A DNA stretch of 64,000 nt from Chrysemys picta bellii (GCF_011386835.1 NC_088796.1:84568001-84632000); one strand, 5' to 3'; shown: positions 12,117-25,757, numbered from the stretch's first letter. A program made the numbers and translations. Notes: generated from the sequence alone by a model not told the origin.

Positions 12117-13199
12117 CTAAAACAACAAACCAAAATTGTAGAGAATCTTCCTCTACTTTCACCAAGTAGAAAGGGAAACAAACATTTTCCATTTCAGTTT
12201 CTACACACGATACAAATTCTCCTCAGCACAGCAGCTCTATGACAAAAACCATCACATCTGTCAACATTTTTCACACGAGTGGCACACATGTGAGGGCTAC
12301 GGAGCAGATATGCTCCTTGAGTCTCTGCAGGACTCTGATGATTTCTAGCTCTTTTTAAAATATAAGTTTTTTGGATTTTTTCCAATTCCACTCCCTGGAT
12401 CTGGTGACTTGTATATGTGTCAATAGCCTAATTCCTCTAGGAACAAAACCTCTGCTTCCCAAAGAATGGAATATTTGGAATTTTTATCCACTTTCTCCAT
12501 GCTGGCTCAGCATCACTGGCAGGCACACTGGTGGGTAGCTAATGCTCTGTTCACTTTCTGTGCACCTGCTTTGGAGACAGAGTAGCAGCTGTATAGTGCA
12601 CACTCATTCCTGCATGGCTGGTACCAAGGTTTGTGAAGACTATGCAGGGGTGTGTGTGTGTGTACATACAGTAGGGTGGGTGTCTTGCTCTCTACAATCA
12701 AGCACTTAGTGAATTATTGTTTCAAACTCTAAAATAGGTAAATATTCAGATGATATATCTGCCTTATAAAAATATGGCAGGATTATGTTTTGGCAAAGAG
12801 GCTATTTATGGAGGTAGATGTCTAGTCCTAAAACTAGGGAAGAAACAGAAATTTGTTTCTGCAAAAATCAGCAGGAGGGGAGGAGATATTTGAGGATTCT
12901 GAGACGAACACGTGTCCTGATCCTGCATCAGAATTCATGCAAGTGAAAGGAGACTCTGCTCAGGTGGTGGGATCTAGCCACATGGATCTGATTGCAGGAT
13001 CAGGGCCTGAGAAAACAAGTGACACACACAGACTGGAGGAGCGGGGGAAGAAGGAGACAGATAATATATTTAAGTTCTCTGACCATATTTACATCTCATT
13101 AGGAGATGAATCACAGAACATAAAATTATCACCTTTCAGCCAACCTATTCCTAATTCAAAATAAAGTATCAAGCAGATTATATTGGAGACTAGCAAACT

Positions 13200-15625
13200 G
13201 CAGACAGAAAACCTCACAGATTGTACAGTCTGCTGGAGGTTTGACCATTTTCCTGTTTCACTATCACACAGACCAGTTGAAAGTCTATAGTCATACTAAG
13301 GTGGGGAGAGTGTGTTGAAGATAAAAGGAGAAAAAAACAGACTGACCTCATGGTAGAGATCCTATTTCAGAGCACAAAATCACTAGGAGGAGGTGAATGA
13401 GGTATTTTTAGAATAAATAACAGAAATATCCAAAACATAAGACCTGGTAGTAATTGGGGACTTTAACTAACCCGGCATCTGTTGGAAAAGTAATTCAGCA
13501 AAACACAAAATGTCCAATAAGTTATTGGAATGTGTTGGGGAAAACTTCTTGTTTCAGAAGGTGGAGGAATTACTGAGGGAGGGCAGCCATTTTAGATTGA
13601 TTCTGACTATCAGGGAAGAAGCAGCAGAATACGGCTTCAAAAAGGAGACTTTTGCAAACTCAGAGAACTAGTAGGTAGTGTTACATGGGAAAAAATCTAA
13701 GGGAAAAAAAGAAGTTCAGGAGAAATCACAATTTCTCAGAGATAATATTTAAGACACAACAGCCAACAATCCTGATGCAAAGGAAGGAGAGAAAAAATAG
13801 TTAGAGGCCAATATGGCTGCATCAAGAGCTCTTTAATTATCGAAAAATTAAAAAAAAAATCTATAAAAAGTGGAAACATGAACAAATTGCTAAGGATGAG
13901 CACAAAAGAGGTGCACAAGCATGTGGGGATAAAATCAGAAAGGCTAAGCCAAAATGAGTTACATCTAGCAAGGAACATAAAAGCCAATAAGAAGAGGTTC
14001 TATAAATATATTAGGAGCAAAAGAAAGATGAAATCAAGTGTTAGTCCACTACTTAGTGGGAAAGGAGAGCTAATAATGGATGACATCAAGAAGGCTGAAG
14101 GGTTTAAGGCCTGTTTTGCTTTAGTCTTCACTAAATAGGTTAATGGTGACACACAATTCATATTAACAACAAAGTGGAAGGAACATAAGCCAAAGTAGGG
14201 AAAGAACAGGTTAAAGAATATTTAGATTAATTACATGGATTCAAGTCAGCAAAGCTTGATGAATTTCATCCTAGGGTACTAAAGGAATTAGCAGAATCAG
14301 TTTTGGAACCATTAGAGATTATCTCTGAAAATTCATGGAGGACAGGTGAGATCCCAGAAGACTGGAGAAAGGTACTATGTTTGCCTATCTTTAAAAAGGA
14401 GAACAAAGAGGACCTGGTGCATTATAAACCAGTCAGTCTAACTTTGATACCTAGAAAGATACTGGGATAAATTATTAAACAGTTAATCTGTAAGCACCTA
14501 GAGAATAATAGGGTGATGACAAATCCATGTTGGCTATTACTTAAGAACAAATCATGCCAAACGAAATTAATTTGCTTCTTTGGCAGGGTTACTGGCCTAG
14601 TGGATGGGGGAAGCAGTAAACATGATAAATAGTATCTTGATTTTTAGTAAGGCTTTTGACACAGTCCGACTGTGGGGTGAAGAAGGGGTCTGTTGTAGGT
14701 CTGGTATTATTCAATATTTTCATAAATGACTTGGATAAGGTAGTAGAGAGTATTCTTATAAAATTTGCAGATGACACCAAGATCGGAGGGGTTACAAGCA
14801 CTTTGAAGGACAGGATTAGAATTCAAAATGAGCTTGATAAATTGGAGAATTGGTCTGAAATCAACAAGATGAAATTTGATAAAGACAAGTGCAAAGTAGT
14901 GCACGTAGGAAGGAAAAATCAATGCACGACTATGAGATGGGGAATAACTAGTTGGGCAGTAATACTGCAGAAAAGGATCTGGGGATTATAGTGGATCACA
15001 AATTGCATATAAGTCAACAATGTGATGCAGTTGCAACAAAGGCTAATATAATTCTGGGGTGCACTAACAGGAGTGTTGTATGGAAGACGTGAGAGGTAAT
15101 TGCCCCACTCTACTTAGCACTCGGCCAAAGCTGGAATGTCCAGTGTTGGGCGTCACACTTTAAGAGAGATGTGGATCAATTGGAGAGAGTCCAGAGGAAA
15201 GCAACAAAAATGATAAAAGATTTAGAAAACCTGACCTATGAGGAAAGGTTAAAAAACTAGGCATGTTTAGTCAAGTGAACAGAAGAATGAGAGGGGAATT
15301 GATTAGTCTTAAAATATATTAAGGTTGTTATCAAGAGGACAGTGATCAATTGTTCTCCATGTCCACTGAAGGTAGGACAAGAAGTAATGGGCTTAATCTG
15401 CACCAAGGGAGAGTTAGGTTAGATATTAGGAAAAAATTTCTAACTATAAAAATAATTAAATATTGGAATAGGCTTCACAGAGAAGTGGTGGAATCTCTGT
15501 CATTGGAGGTTTTTAAGAACAGGTGAGACAAACTTCTGTCAGGGATGGTTTAGGTTTATTTAATCCTGACTTAGCTCAAGGGGATGAACTTAATGACCTC
15601 TCCAGGTGCCCTCCAGCCCTATATT
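13200..15625 (+). mobile_element. CR1 LINE, decayed ORF2 (endonuclease-RT-3' end)
   Basis: ORF pieces KANKKRFYKYIRSKRK and GSVVGLVLFNIFINDLD...IKFADDTKIGG; CR1 3'-end sequence at about 15540-15620; many stops; internal deletion near 14665. Confidence 0.9.
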
Positions 15626-16123
15626 TATAAGATTCTTTGCCAAAAATTCCCTGACCTGGACAACCTTCTGCATAAGCTCTAAATTCCACCAGCTCCACTC
15701 CACATTGTTGTCTTCTTGGCATTGGTGAGCACAGTGCCATGTTACTGACTGTACCTGAAAAATGTGTTCTCACACCTCTTACTTTATATACAATAATCAG
15801 CTGTAGCTATTGGAAAGATTTTAATGCTACTTACCCTCACACAATAGAAAACAGAACCTGCATCTTTAATCCTAATGATAAGGAGAAGCAACCTAGACTT
15901 ATTCTCCCTATCCTGGAAGATACTATAAGACATCCTTGCTCCAGGAAAGTCTTCTGTGGGCGAGTGGCCCTTCTTCCCTAAGGAAACCAAGCAACTCCAA
16001 CTCCAAAATAAAACATTCCAAAGCATTCTCTATAGGAGTTACCCTTATCCCAGTCTCAAAGTTCCCAGACTCCAGATGAGTAGTACAGCCCGTCATACCC
16101 AACTATGAAATAGATCATGTAAC

Positions 16124-16755
16124 TAGGGTAACCATATTTCCCAAACAGAAAACGGGATACCCCTCGATGCTGTTGCCCATCACTGAAACCCTGCCCCTCC
16201 CCCACCCCTGAGGCTATTGCCTAGTCACTGGAACTATGAGGGGGGGCCCCCTCAGGAGGCTGTTGCCTGGTTGCTGGAACCCTGTGCCCCCCCCCCCCGC
16301 AAGCTGGAACATGCTGAAACTCCCCCAGCCCTGTCTCCCCCCTACAATGGGGTTAAATTAAATAAATAAAGATATCCTATCTCCTAGAACTGGAAGGGAC
16401 CTTGAAAGATCATTGAGTCCAGCCCCCTGCCTTCACTAGCAGGACCAAGTACTGATTTTGCCCCAGATCCCTAAATGGCCTCCTCCAGGATTGAACTCAC
16501 AACCCTGGGTTTAGCAGGCCAATGCTCAAACCACTAAGCTATCCCACCCCCCAAGGTGGCATCTCTGCTTGTCCCATCCACACCATACCCCACTTTTTGA
16601 CAAAAGTGGGCATTTGTCCTGTTTGCTCTTGCCAACTGATCAAGTCAGCAAGAGCAAATGGGACAAATGCCTCCCTTTGGAAAAAAGTTGGGATAGCCAG
16701 GACAGGGCTTAAAAAAGGGACTGTCCCGGCCAAAACAGGACGTATGGTCACCCTA
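16124..16755. mobile_element. hAT-type MITE carrying a nested SINE
   Basis: TIRs tagggtaaccata / tatggtcacccta; 8-bp TSD catgtaac / cacgtaac (1 mismatch). Confidence 0.85.
16368..16552 (-). mobile_element. tRNA-Lys-derived turtle SINE (Cry/tortoise Pol III type)
   Basis: Reverse complement starts ggggggtgggatagcttagtggtttgagcattggcctgctaaacccagggttgtgagttcaatcc (tRNA-like A and B boxes) and ends in a CR1-like tail. Confidence 0.8.
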
Positions 16756-17056
16756 CACGTAACAGGTCCCTATTGGCTCCTCCTGTCCATTAGCACCTCC
16801 CTTGTTATTCTATGCTCACAATTGTTTTAATGCCAAATATTCCATTACCATATCCCTTTGTGGCTTCCCCCAAATACACAATACTCTCCGCACCCAACAC
16901 ACACTCACTTTACTTTTATTTCTCAAGGCATCAATCCAAAGCCCACTGAAGTCATTGGAAAGAATCCCATTGACTTCAGTGGGATTTATATCAGGCCTTT
17001 AACTCACATATTAAACATTAGCACAAAATGTACTTACATGCTAATGAGATGAGTTA

Positions 17057-18065
17057 GCAGATGATACTAAACTGCTAAAGATAGTTAAGACCAAAGCAGA
17101 CTGTGAAGAACTTCAAAAAGATCTCACAAAACTAAGTGATTGGGCAATAAAATGGCAAATGAAATTTAATGTGGATAAATGTAAAGTAATGCACATTGGA
17201 AAAAATAACCCCAACTATACATACAATATGATGGGGGCTAATTTAGCTACAACAAGTCAGGAAAAAGATCTTGGAGTCATCGTGGATAGTTCTCTGAAAA
17301 TGTCCACGCAGTGTGCAGAGGCGGTCAAAAAAGCAAACAGGATGTTAGGAATCATTAAAAAGGGGATAGAGAATAAGACTGAGAATATATTATTGCCCTT
17401 ATATAAATCGATGGTACGCCCTCATCTCAAATACTGCGTACAGATGTGGTCTCCTCATCTCAAAAAAGACATACTGGTACTAGAAATGGTTCAGAAAAGG
17501 GCAACTAAAATGATTAAGGGTTTGGAACGGGTCCCATATGAGGAGAGATTAAAGAGGCTAGGACTCTTCAGCTTGGAAAAGAGGAGACTAAGGGGGGATA
17601 TGATAGAGGTATATAAAATCATGAGTGATGTGGAGAAAGTGGATAAGGAAAAGTTATGTACTTATTCCCATAATACAAGAACTAGGGGTCATCCAATGAA
17701 ATTAATAGGCAGTAGGTTTAAAACAAATAATAGGAAGTTCTTCTTCACGCAGCGCACAGTCAACTTGTGGAACTCCTTACCTGAGAAGGTTGTGAAGGCT
17801 AGGACTATAACAGAGTTTAAAAGAGAAGTGGATAAATTCATGGTGAAGTCCATTAATGGCTATTAGCCAGGATGGGTAAGGAATGGTGTCCCTAGCCTCT
17901 GTCTGTCAGAGGATGGAGATGGATGGCAGGAGAGAGATCACTTGATCATTGCCTGTTAGGTTCACTCCCTCTGGGGCACCTGGCATTGGCCACTATCGGT
18001 AGACAGGATACTGGGCTAGATGGACCTTTGGTCTGACCCGGTATGGCCTTTCTTATGTTCTTATG
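17057..18065 (+). mobile_element. 5'-truncated young CR1 LINE (PsCR1-like)
   Basis: Open frame from ADDTK (17057) through ORF 17159-17866 (CR1 RT C-terminal region, no stops), then 3' UTR and terminal (ttcttatg)2 tail. Confidence 0.93.
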
Positions 18066-18984
18066 GTATGCTCATCTTTTCAAATAATGATAAACTGTCT
18101 GATTGAGACTGCACTTTTTATTTTCATTGTTTTGTAAATTTACATCATGAATTTGGTTTGTACACACCTTGTCCATTACTTGTTCCTTTATTTCCATTGC
18201 TACTTACTTGAAAAAATAATTAAAAAAGCTTTAAAGACTTTTAAAAATGTGTTATTTTTGCAGAATATCAAAACAAAGAAAAATGAATAATGAGAGGGGT
18301 TGGTAAAAGTTTACCTCATTTACACATCAGAGCGATACAGCATGTCTGCAGTGTTAAATCATTTTTATAGAGAGTACATATATCATAGGTCACATCTCTG
18401 TTACCAGCAACTTTATATAGTATTACCAAACAATCTTAAATAGGTTTATTGTAATAATGCTTTTATAGACCAAATCAATAATGTATTTTTGTAATTACTG
18501 ACTTCTGCTCTTGATTTTTGAGCCAAATTACATAGTAATCACCTTCAGAAAGCTTTCCGAAATCTTGTGCAAATCCCCTAATGTGTGAAGGCAAATTAGG
18601 AGTCACATACAAAGCAAACTGTGTGAGTTACCCTAATGCATATTCTGAAGTCAGGGTTATTAGCATATCTAGGGGAGGTGCTCGTGCACGTTTGTGCATA
18701 ATATTTTGAAAATTTGGCCCTTACTGTTGAATTTTGATTACTATTTAATGGTTTTTACTTTGCAAAATAAATAAATCCAATGATCATACAGTACAAAGTG
18801 ATATAGATAGTGTTTATATTAATGCCTCTGCCTAAGGAATGTGAATATACACTGAAAATGTGCATTAATCTTTGGGGGAAAAAAAACATTTCCCCCCCAA
18901 GCCAAATATATAATGTACCTTATACAACGTCTGGGAAAGTGACTTGTACATTAACTTTTCAAAATGTAGCCATTAAATAATATA

Positions 18985-19167
18985 TGGAGATATACCTATC
19001 TCATAGATCTGGAAGGGACCTTGAAAGGTCATCAAGTCCAGTCCACTGCCTTCACTAGCAGGACCAATTCTTTTGCCTCAGATTCCTAAATGGCCCCCTC
19101 AAGAATTGAACTCACAACCCTGGATTTAGCAAGCTAATGCTCAAACTACTGAGCTATCCCTCCCCCA
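18985..19167 (-). mobile_element. tRNA-Lys-derived turtle SINE, second copy
   Basis: Same family as 16368-16552 (ggggagggatagctcagtagtttgagcattagc... on the - strand; CR1-like tail). Confidence 0.8.
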
Positions 19168-19280
19168 TTAGTTTTATTTGTTTTATGTATGAATGCTTAA
19201 AATTATAACTTTTAGAGGGTCTTGCCCAGGTCTAGCTCAGTGCCTAAACGTATGTTCCTTTGTGGAACTAGTTACTCTGA

Positions 19281-19563
19281 GGCTAGGTCTATACTAGGGG
19301 AGGGATCGATTTAAGATACGCAAATTCAGCTACGTGATAGCGTAGCTGAATTCGACGTATCCGAGCCGACTTACCCCGCTGTGAGGACGGTGGCAAATTG
19401 ACCGCTGCGGCTCCCCCATCAACGGCGCTTACTCCTACCTGCGCTGGTGGAGTATGCGCGTCGATTCGGGGATCGATTGTCGCGTCCCGACGAGACGCGA
19501 TAATTCGATCCCCAAGAGATCGATTTCTACCCGCCGATCCAGGCGGGTAGTGAAGACAAGCCC
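19281..19563. mobile_element. PIF/Harbinger-type MITE
   Basis: TIRs ggctaggtctatact / agtgaagacaagccc; 3-bp TSD TGA; inverse-orientation relative of 54649-54952. Confidence 0.85.
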
Positions 19564-20343
19564 TGACTTGAAATGTGGGGCATCATGAACTGACATTTGG
19601 TACAGAATTAACCTTTCACATGGAAAGTTTACAGCAAGGAATTTCAACTACTAATCACATTGTCTCAGGGACTGAAGTAAGAAGACATAACTCAATGAAG
19701 ACCCGAAGAAGAGTTCTCTGTAAACTCATCTCTCTTACTAACAGAAGTTGGTCCAATAAAAGATATTACTCACCCACCTTGCCTCTCTAATACCTCAAAG
19801 AGGCACTCTTAAATGAGCTGTATTCCTTTTATTTCTCTACGGGTCATGGGAAAGTAAGCTCTAGAATTAGAGTAACAGCTACATAGCAATAAACAGAGTA
19901 AATCCATTGCCAACCATCTTTATTTAGTTAACTGACTATTAAACAATATCTACACAGAATTAGCTCAATTTTTTTGTGGGATTGGGTCTAATAAATATTT
20001 CTGCCAATAAAAAAAAAAGATGCACTATAAATGCAGATTCAAAAGCAGATTTTGTTTAGGTTTCATCTTCTAAAACCTTTCATTCTAAGATAATTACAGC
20101 TCTCAATCTGTGGAGAGCATAGTCTTTTCCATACAAAAGATAAGGATGCCATTTTTGGAGGAGGGTAGAGGTGTTAGGAGTCATATGTGGGGGTGTCTTG
20201 ATTATTAATACATTAAAATAATCATTGCAAGTTTTCATAGTGAAAGCAGCATATTGCTTTAATTTGAATAATGGTCCCTTAGACTTATCATTACCTTAGT
20301 GAACTATAAATAGCACAAAATGTAATCTTATATTTCTACTCAC

Positions 20344-20432
20344 TGAGGTCAAATCTGTAGACTCCTGGAAGACATTCTTTAGCATCCTGGGTTGAACACC
20401 CTCCAAATAAATATATCTTCCCTCTTACTACA
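20344..20432 (-). CDS. Kelch-repeat protein, coding exon 5
   Basis: tttattacAG acceptor, (C)VVRGKIYLFGGCSTQDAKECLPGVYRFDL, GTgagt donor. 89 nt, phase 2 in, phase 1 out. Confidence 0.92.
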
Positions 20433-21992
20433 CTGTAATAAAAATAATGATTTTACAATTGGTTCATAAAACATATCCTGAATTATTAAAAGTGATTTAT
20501 ATAGAAAACCCATTACATTTTTTATTAATTCCTGTTAGCAATGCACATATATAAACTGTATTTTGTATCCAGCTGCAATAAAATTTTATCTGGATTCTGA
20601 TTAAAGTTTTTACCTCCCCACTAATTGTATCTACGCTGTTTAGATTTACTAAAAGATAAAATGTCAAGATGTTTAGGTCCACAGACTTTAAAACTATTAT
20701 AGAAAAAGATGCCCTCTGATGCCAAGAATCTAGTAAAAAGTTCTCCCCACTCCATCACTGAGTAACTAAAATATTCAGTGTTGTTTTGGCCTCATGATAC
20801 ATCTAAAAACGAATTGGATAGTATTTTATTAACTGAGGAAATTAGTTGGCAGTACCCTTTTACCCAAAAATGGAAACATGTCTATGTATTTAAAGCAAAT
20901 TCATCTATAAATGAAAAACCTGGAAAGCACATTGATGCAATAATTTGAAATTTAATTCACCATCACTGTTAAAATGGTACCATGTGGCTCTTTCTCAAAT
21001 TTGCCTAATATAAGCGTTTGTATTCTAGCCACAATTTCCTTCTATTTTTTAACATTTTTTAATATTAATGGAGAAAATGAAAGTGGTAGCAAACAAATAT
21101 CATATATCATCTTATTGACACCAGTGCTTCATAGTTAATGATTTGAAGTGCTTTTGAGATATAATGCTTTGATAAAAGATGCTAATAAAGTGCAAATTAT
21201 TTCTTTTTAGTCAGTGGTTATTTCTGCAGTATTGGTTTTGCTAAAGAAGGATTTTGTGCTGCACTTTGATCTACCTATCGCATACTCCCAACTGTTCCAA
21301 CTGAACAGCACTTTTTGTAGACATGCATGTCACTTATTGGCTTAAAGTATGGATACAACCTTGTTATAATGATTCATTATCATTCTTGGAAAACAAGGCA
21401 GTATTTAACATCCAATGCATTCCAGTATCCCTAACAAATTTTACATACATGAAGATGAATTAATGAATGTTGTTATGAAAATCTAGATTTCTTGAGCCAA
21501 GAATCTTGATAATTACAGTATTTCAGAACAGCAGGCTTAATTAACTTAAGCCAAATCACAAGTCTTTTGTATCTTGGATATAAGTGTTTATTTACCTTGC
21601 AGGAGCAGGCAAATTTAAAGAGTCCACTGTTATGGCCCACATGGGGCCATGTTATGGAAGTTAGAGATTATAAATGTAAGCCTCAAGTAGAGGACATTTT
21701 AAAATACAGTGAAGTCAGTTATTTTCTTCACAGCCAGACTTCCACTTGTCTCTTATCACTGAGGACTCTCTGCCATACAATTGTTTGTCTCTCAGGTATT
21801 CTGTCTGTTTGTAGTACCGTACGTATCACATTAAGTGAGTTCCAAACCAACAAAATAAAACATTTCTGAAAAGGCAAATTGTACTTATTTACAACAAACT
21901 CCCAAATTGCAAGTATATTGCGATGACAAATAAATAAATGCACCCAGACTGAAAGAATAAACGAGGGAATGTGGTCCAAAGGAAGGTGCTCA

Positions 21993-22301
21993 GGGTAGGT
22001 CTACAGTACCCGCCGGATTGGCGGGTAGTGATCGATCTATCGGGGATCGATTTATCGCGTGTGGTGTAGACACGATAAATCGATCCCCGATTGCTTTCCC
22101 GTCGACTGCTGAACTCCAGCTCGGCGAGAGGTGGAAGTAAAGTCCACGGGGGAGCCGTGGCCATTGATCCCGTGCCGCAAGGATGCAAAGTAAGTAATTC
22201 TAAGTCGATCTAAGATACATCGACTTCAGCTACGCTATTTTCATAGCTGAAGTTGCGTATCTTAGATCAATTCCCCCCCCCCCCCCCCCAGTGTAGACCC
22301 C
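21993..22301. mobile_element. PIF/Harbinger-type MITE
   Basis: gggtaggtctacagt ... agtgtagacccc termini; 3-bp TSD TCA; same subfamily as 2658-2922. Confidence 0.82.
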
Positions 22302-22781
22302 TCAGCCCTATTCCTGACTCAATCAGAGATTTGTCAAAACACTTTACAGGAGTGAGGCACAAGGACTTTTATCTGTAAAAAGGGGGATAATACTAACCCA
22401 CTCCATAAAGATGCTGTGAGTTTTAATTAACTGATGTTGTAAAGAGCTTTGAAATTCTCAGAAGGGCAGAGTGTCCTGAATTATTATTTTTTAGAGGATA
22501 AAACTTCCATTTTTCTCTGAGAATGATTTTTTTTCTGTGGTGCATTAATATGGGCAAGGTACATTGATAGCCTAGTCTAAAGGCAATGACATAAGTCAGG
22601 GGTAATGTTAAAGATCCTTACAAGTGGTTACAAAATGATTAACAAATGTGATCAGATAGAGTTTTGCTGTGGGATATTTTATATGGCAAGTTTCTACTCC
22701 TTAGATACCAGATTTTTATTTGAATGAGATTGTTTTCTGTACTAAAGTGTAGTTTGCTCTTCTGATGCGCATTTCCTTAAG

Positions 22782-23509
22782 CAGGGGTCTCAAACTCAAA
22801 TGACCATGAGGGTCACATGAGGACTAGTACATTGGCTGAGGGCCGCATTACTGACACCTCCCCCGCCATCCTTGGCCCCGCCCCCACTCCACCCCTTTCA
22901 TGAGGCCCTGCCCCCATTCCAACCCCTTCCCTGTATTCCCCACCCCAACTCTGCCCCCTTCCTGCCCCCAGGGAGGACAGGAGGGTGTGGGGTGTGGTGG
23001 GGGCTCAGGGCAGGGAGTTGGGGTGTGGGGTGCAGGAGGGGTGTGAGGTACAGCAGGGGGTTGGGCTGCAGGAGGGGCTCGGGGGGCGGGCTCCGTCCCG
23101 ACACGCACCCGGGAGCAGGGCAGGCCGCCTGCCTGCCTGTCCCCGCACCACTCCGGGAAGTGGCCGGAACCTGGGGGAGGAGGGGCACAGGGGTCTGTGT
23201 GTTGCTGTTGCTACAGGCACCACCCCCAGCAGCTCCCATTGGCCTTGAACGGGGAACTGTGGCCAATGGGAGCTGCTGGGGGTGCTGCCTGAAGCAAGAG
23301 CAACACACAGAGCCCTGTGCCCCCCATTCCCCATGTTCCAGCCGCTTCCCGGAGTGGCCTTCCCGGGAGCCTGCCCTTCCCCCGGTGCGCGTCGGGCTGG
23401 AGCTGCTCTAGGTAAATACTGGGGAGGGGGGCCGTGAGGAGTTCGCGGGCTGCAGAAAACAACCCCGCGGGCCACATGCGGCCCCCAGGAGGCGTGTTTG
23501 AGACCCCTG
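22782..23509. mobile_element. hAT-type MITE (GC-rich)
   Basis: TIRs caggggtctcaaac / gtttgagacccctg; perfect 8-bp TSD tccttaag. Confidence 0.9.
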
Positions 23510-23689
23510 TCCTTAAGTGTCAGGCACTGAGATTAGGCTACATCACAGAATTTGCACTGGTGAAAACTATTTCATATCTGTGCAGCATGTTTACTTTAGG
23601 GGCTTGCACCAGTGTACACTGATGTAGTTATACTAGTGTAAATTTGCTTAATGTAAACAGGACCTGGGATCTCCCCCACCACACTCTTG

Positions 23690-24870
23690 ATGTGATTCCC
23701 CTACAGGATGTACTGATGAGCTCCAAATAGAAGAAAGAAAATATTGTTACCACCTGGTATGGGGTTCCTCTCCTGGGGAAAAAACACAGGATAGGAAAAA
23801 TAACTAAAAAAATCCATGGGCCACATCCTCCACTGTTGTAAACTGGCACTGAAGTTAATGATGGAGATATGCCAGTTAAGGCTCTGGTCTCATGAGTTAG
23901 AACTTGGAGTTAGTGCCTTGTGCTTCTCTCAGGGAGGAGGGGTTTGTGGCTTTGGGGAGAGACCTGGGGTGCAGCCTGCAAATCTGACCCAGCTGCAAGG
24001 AACTCAGGATCCAATCCCATAAATCCTTGTGGTGGCATCCAGGAGGCACATCACTGAGCTCCTCTGGGACTGGTTGTACATATGTCACACTACAGCAGTG
24101 AGGGAAGGGGTTAATTTCCTACAGGGAAAGGGGAACCCTTCACACAACCTGTTTTGCCTGCCAAGGAAGAGAGAAAATCTCCACCTGGATTCAGTAAGGG
24201 AGCTATTTAAACAGCCTAGGGAGGAATAGAATCAGAGCTACTGCTATTTGGACAGCAGACTGCTCTATCTCTACTTGGAGAGGGCTGTAGATAAGGCTGT
24301 TTGATATTTTTATCTCCTTATAAGGTCCCAACGGAGCCTGCTCAGGTCTTTGCAGTGGACTCTTTCCAAACATTCCACAGCTGATGGAAGCCTGGGTTTC
24401 CTTCTCCAGAAACAGGCAAGCTCCTTTAAGGAGAACGTTTCTAATTGGAGTTTGGACCCTTAAAAGGACAGTTTAAAATATATTTGGGGCATTTTTTCCT
24501 TTATTTTCTGAGTCTGCTACCACAGACCGAGGCCAGCCTTGGACACCCTACATAGGATTACTGAGCCAGATTGTGTTTGTGATGACCCATCCTCTCTCCG
24601 GACCAAGGTTACCATTGGCTCACCCCACCTATTTGCTTTACCTATTCTTTGAGGGGCCTAGAAGGCCCAGGAGAGAGTTAATATTGGTCTGTCCAGTATT
24701 TAAGTATCCTGTGAATTTTCACATGGGAATCTGCCAGTAATTAAGGGGAACATGCTATGCAAAGTAGCTGATCTCCCTTTCTGCCCCATGTCATCCCCAA
24801 ATATGTATGTGGGTACGAGCTTCATGGAGGGTTTTCTGCTCACTCAGAGGGACAGAAGAATGTCACTGAG
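23690..24870. mobile_element. LTR-like element (probable solo LTR, decayed)
   Basis: Composition and motifs resemble recalled turtle LTRs; ends in tgtca at about 24865. No TSD found. Confidence 0.35.
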
Positions 24871-25158
24871 CTGCCATTCCCTCTTTCTTTGAGGCTGTTT
24901 TGTTCCTTTAATCCCCTCAGAGATACAAAAAAAAAAAAAGTTTTCTTGCTATCTTAAAACAAATTATAAAGGAATACATAAGAGAGCCAAATAATCACAC
25001 ATCAGGGAATCCAAGAATGGCTCAAGTGGAAATCCAGCTGTGAGGGAAATATTGACAGGACACACAAAGTCTGGTTATTGAGGCCGGGGGGGGTGGAGAG
25101 GCACCAAGTCATCACCTGCGCCATTCCCTACTCAGTCGGGGCCGCCTCCTACCTGCAT

Positions 25159-25539
25159 CAGGGCCGCCTGGGGGAGAGAGGGGGCAAGTGGAGCAATTTG
25201 CCCCAGGCTCTGCAGGGGCCCCACGAGCCCTGGCCGAGAATCCCTTTCCTGGCTAGAGGTGCCTTTTTAATTTTTACTCACCCGGCGGTGCTCCGGGTCT
25301 TCGGCAGCACTTCGGTGACGGGGGGTCCTTCACCTCACTCCGGGACTTCGGCGGCACTTCGGCAGCGGGGGAGGGGGGGGGTCCTTCAGTGCCATGGAAG
25401 ACCCAGAGCCAGTGAAGGATCTGCTGCCGAAGACTCGGAGCGCTGCCCAGTGAGGACAAGCGCCGCAGCAGGTGGCGCCTTTTTTTATGTCCGCTCCCCC
25501 GCTTTGCCCCAGGCCCCCTGAATCCTCTGGGCAGCCCTG
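25159..25539. mobile_element. hAT-type MITE
   Basis: TIRs cagggccgcctggg / ctctgggcagccctg; TSD acctgcat / atctgcat; internal cttcggcggcacttcggc subrepeats. Confidence 0.85.
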
Positions 25540-25549
25540 ATCTGCATTG

Positions 25550-25757
25550 GGTGTTTGCAGCTCTCAGCCCTGGCTCCACAGGCAAGTACCTCATGACACG
25601 GGCGGGGGTGGGGAAGAGCAGCAAGTGATGGGGAGTGTGGGGGGAAGAGGAGTGAATGGGGGGCAAGGCCTCAGGGAAGAGGCAGGGTGGGGGCGGGGAG
25701 AAGAGGAGGGGTGGAGGAGGTTCCATTTAAAAAATATTACAAAGTTGGCAACCCTAG
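25550..25757. mobile_element. Truncated hAT-type MITE (one terminus)
   Basis: G-rich body ending gttggcaacccta, the same TIR type as 37638-38326. Confidence 0.55.

Noticed and set aside
16490-16552. tRNA-Lys-like sequence as a tRNA gene (also about 19110-19167)
   Set aside because: Continues into a CR1-like tail, so it is a SINE head; acceptor stem not intact.
22848-23477. Several long Pro/Gly-rich ORFs on both strands
   Set aside because: Inside the GC-rich hAT MITE 22782-23509; low complexity, no splice or domain support.
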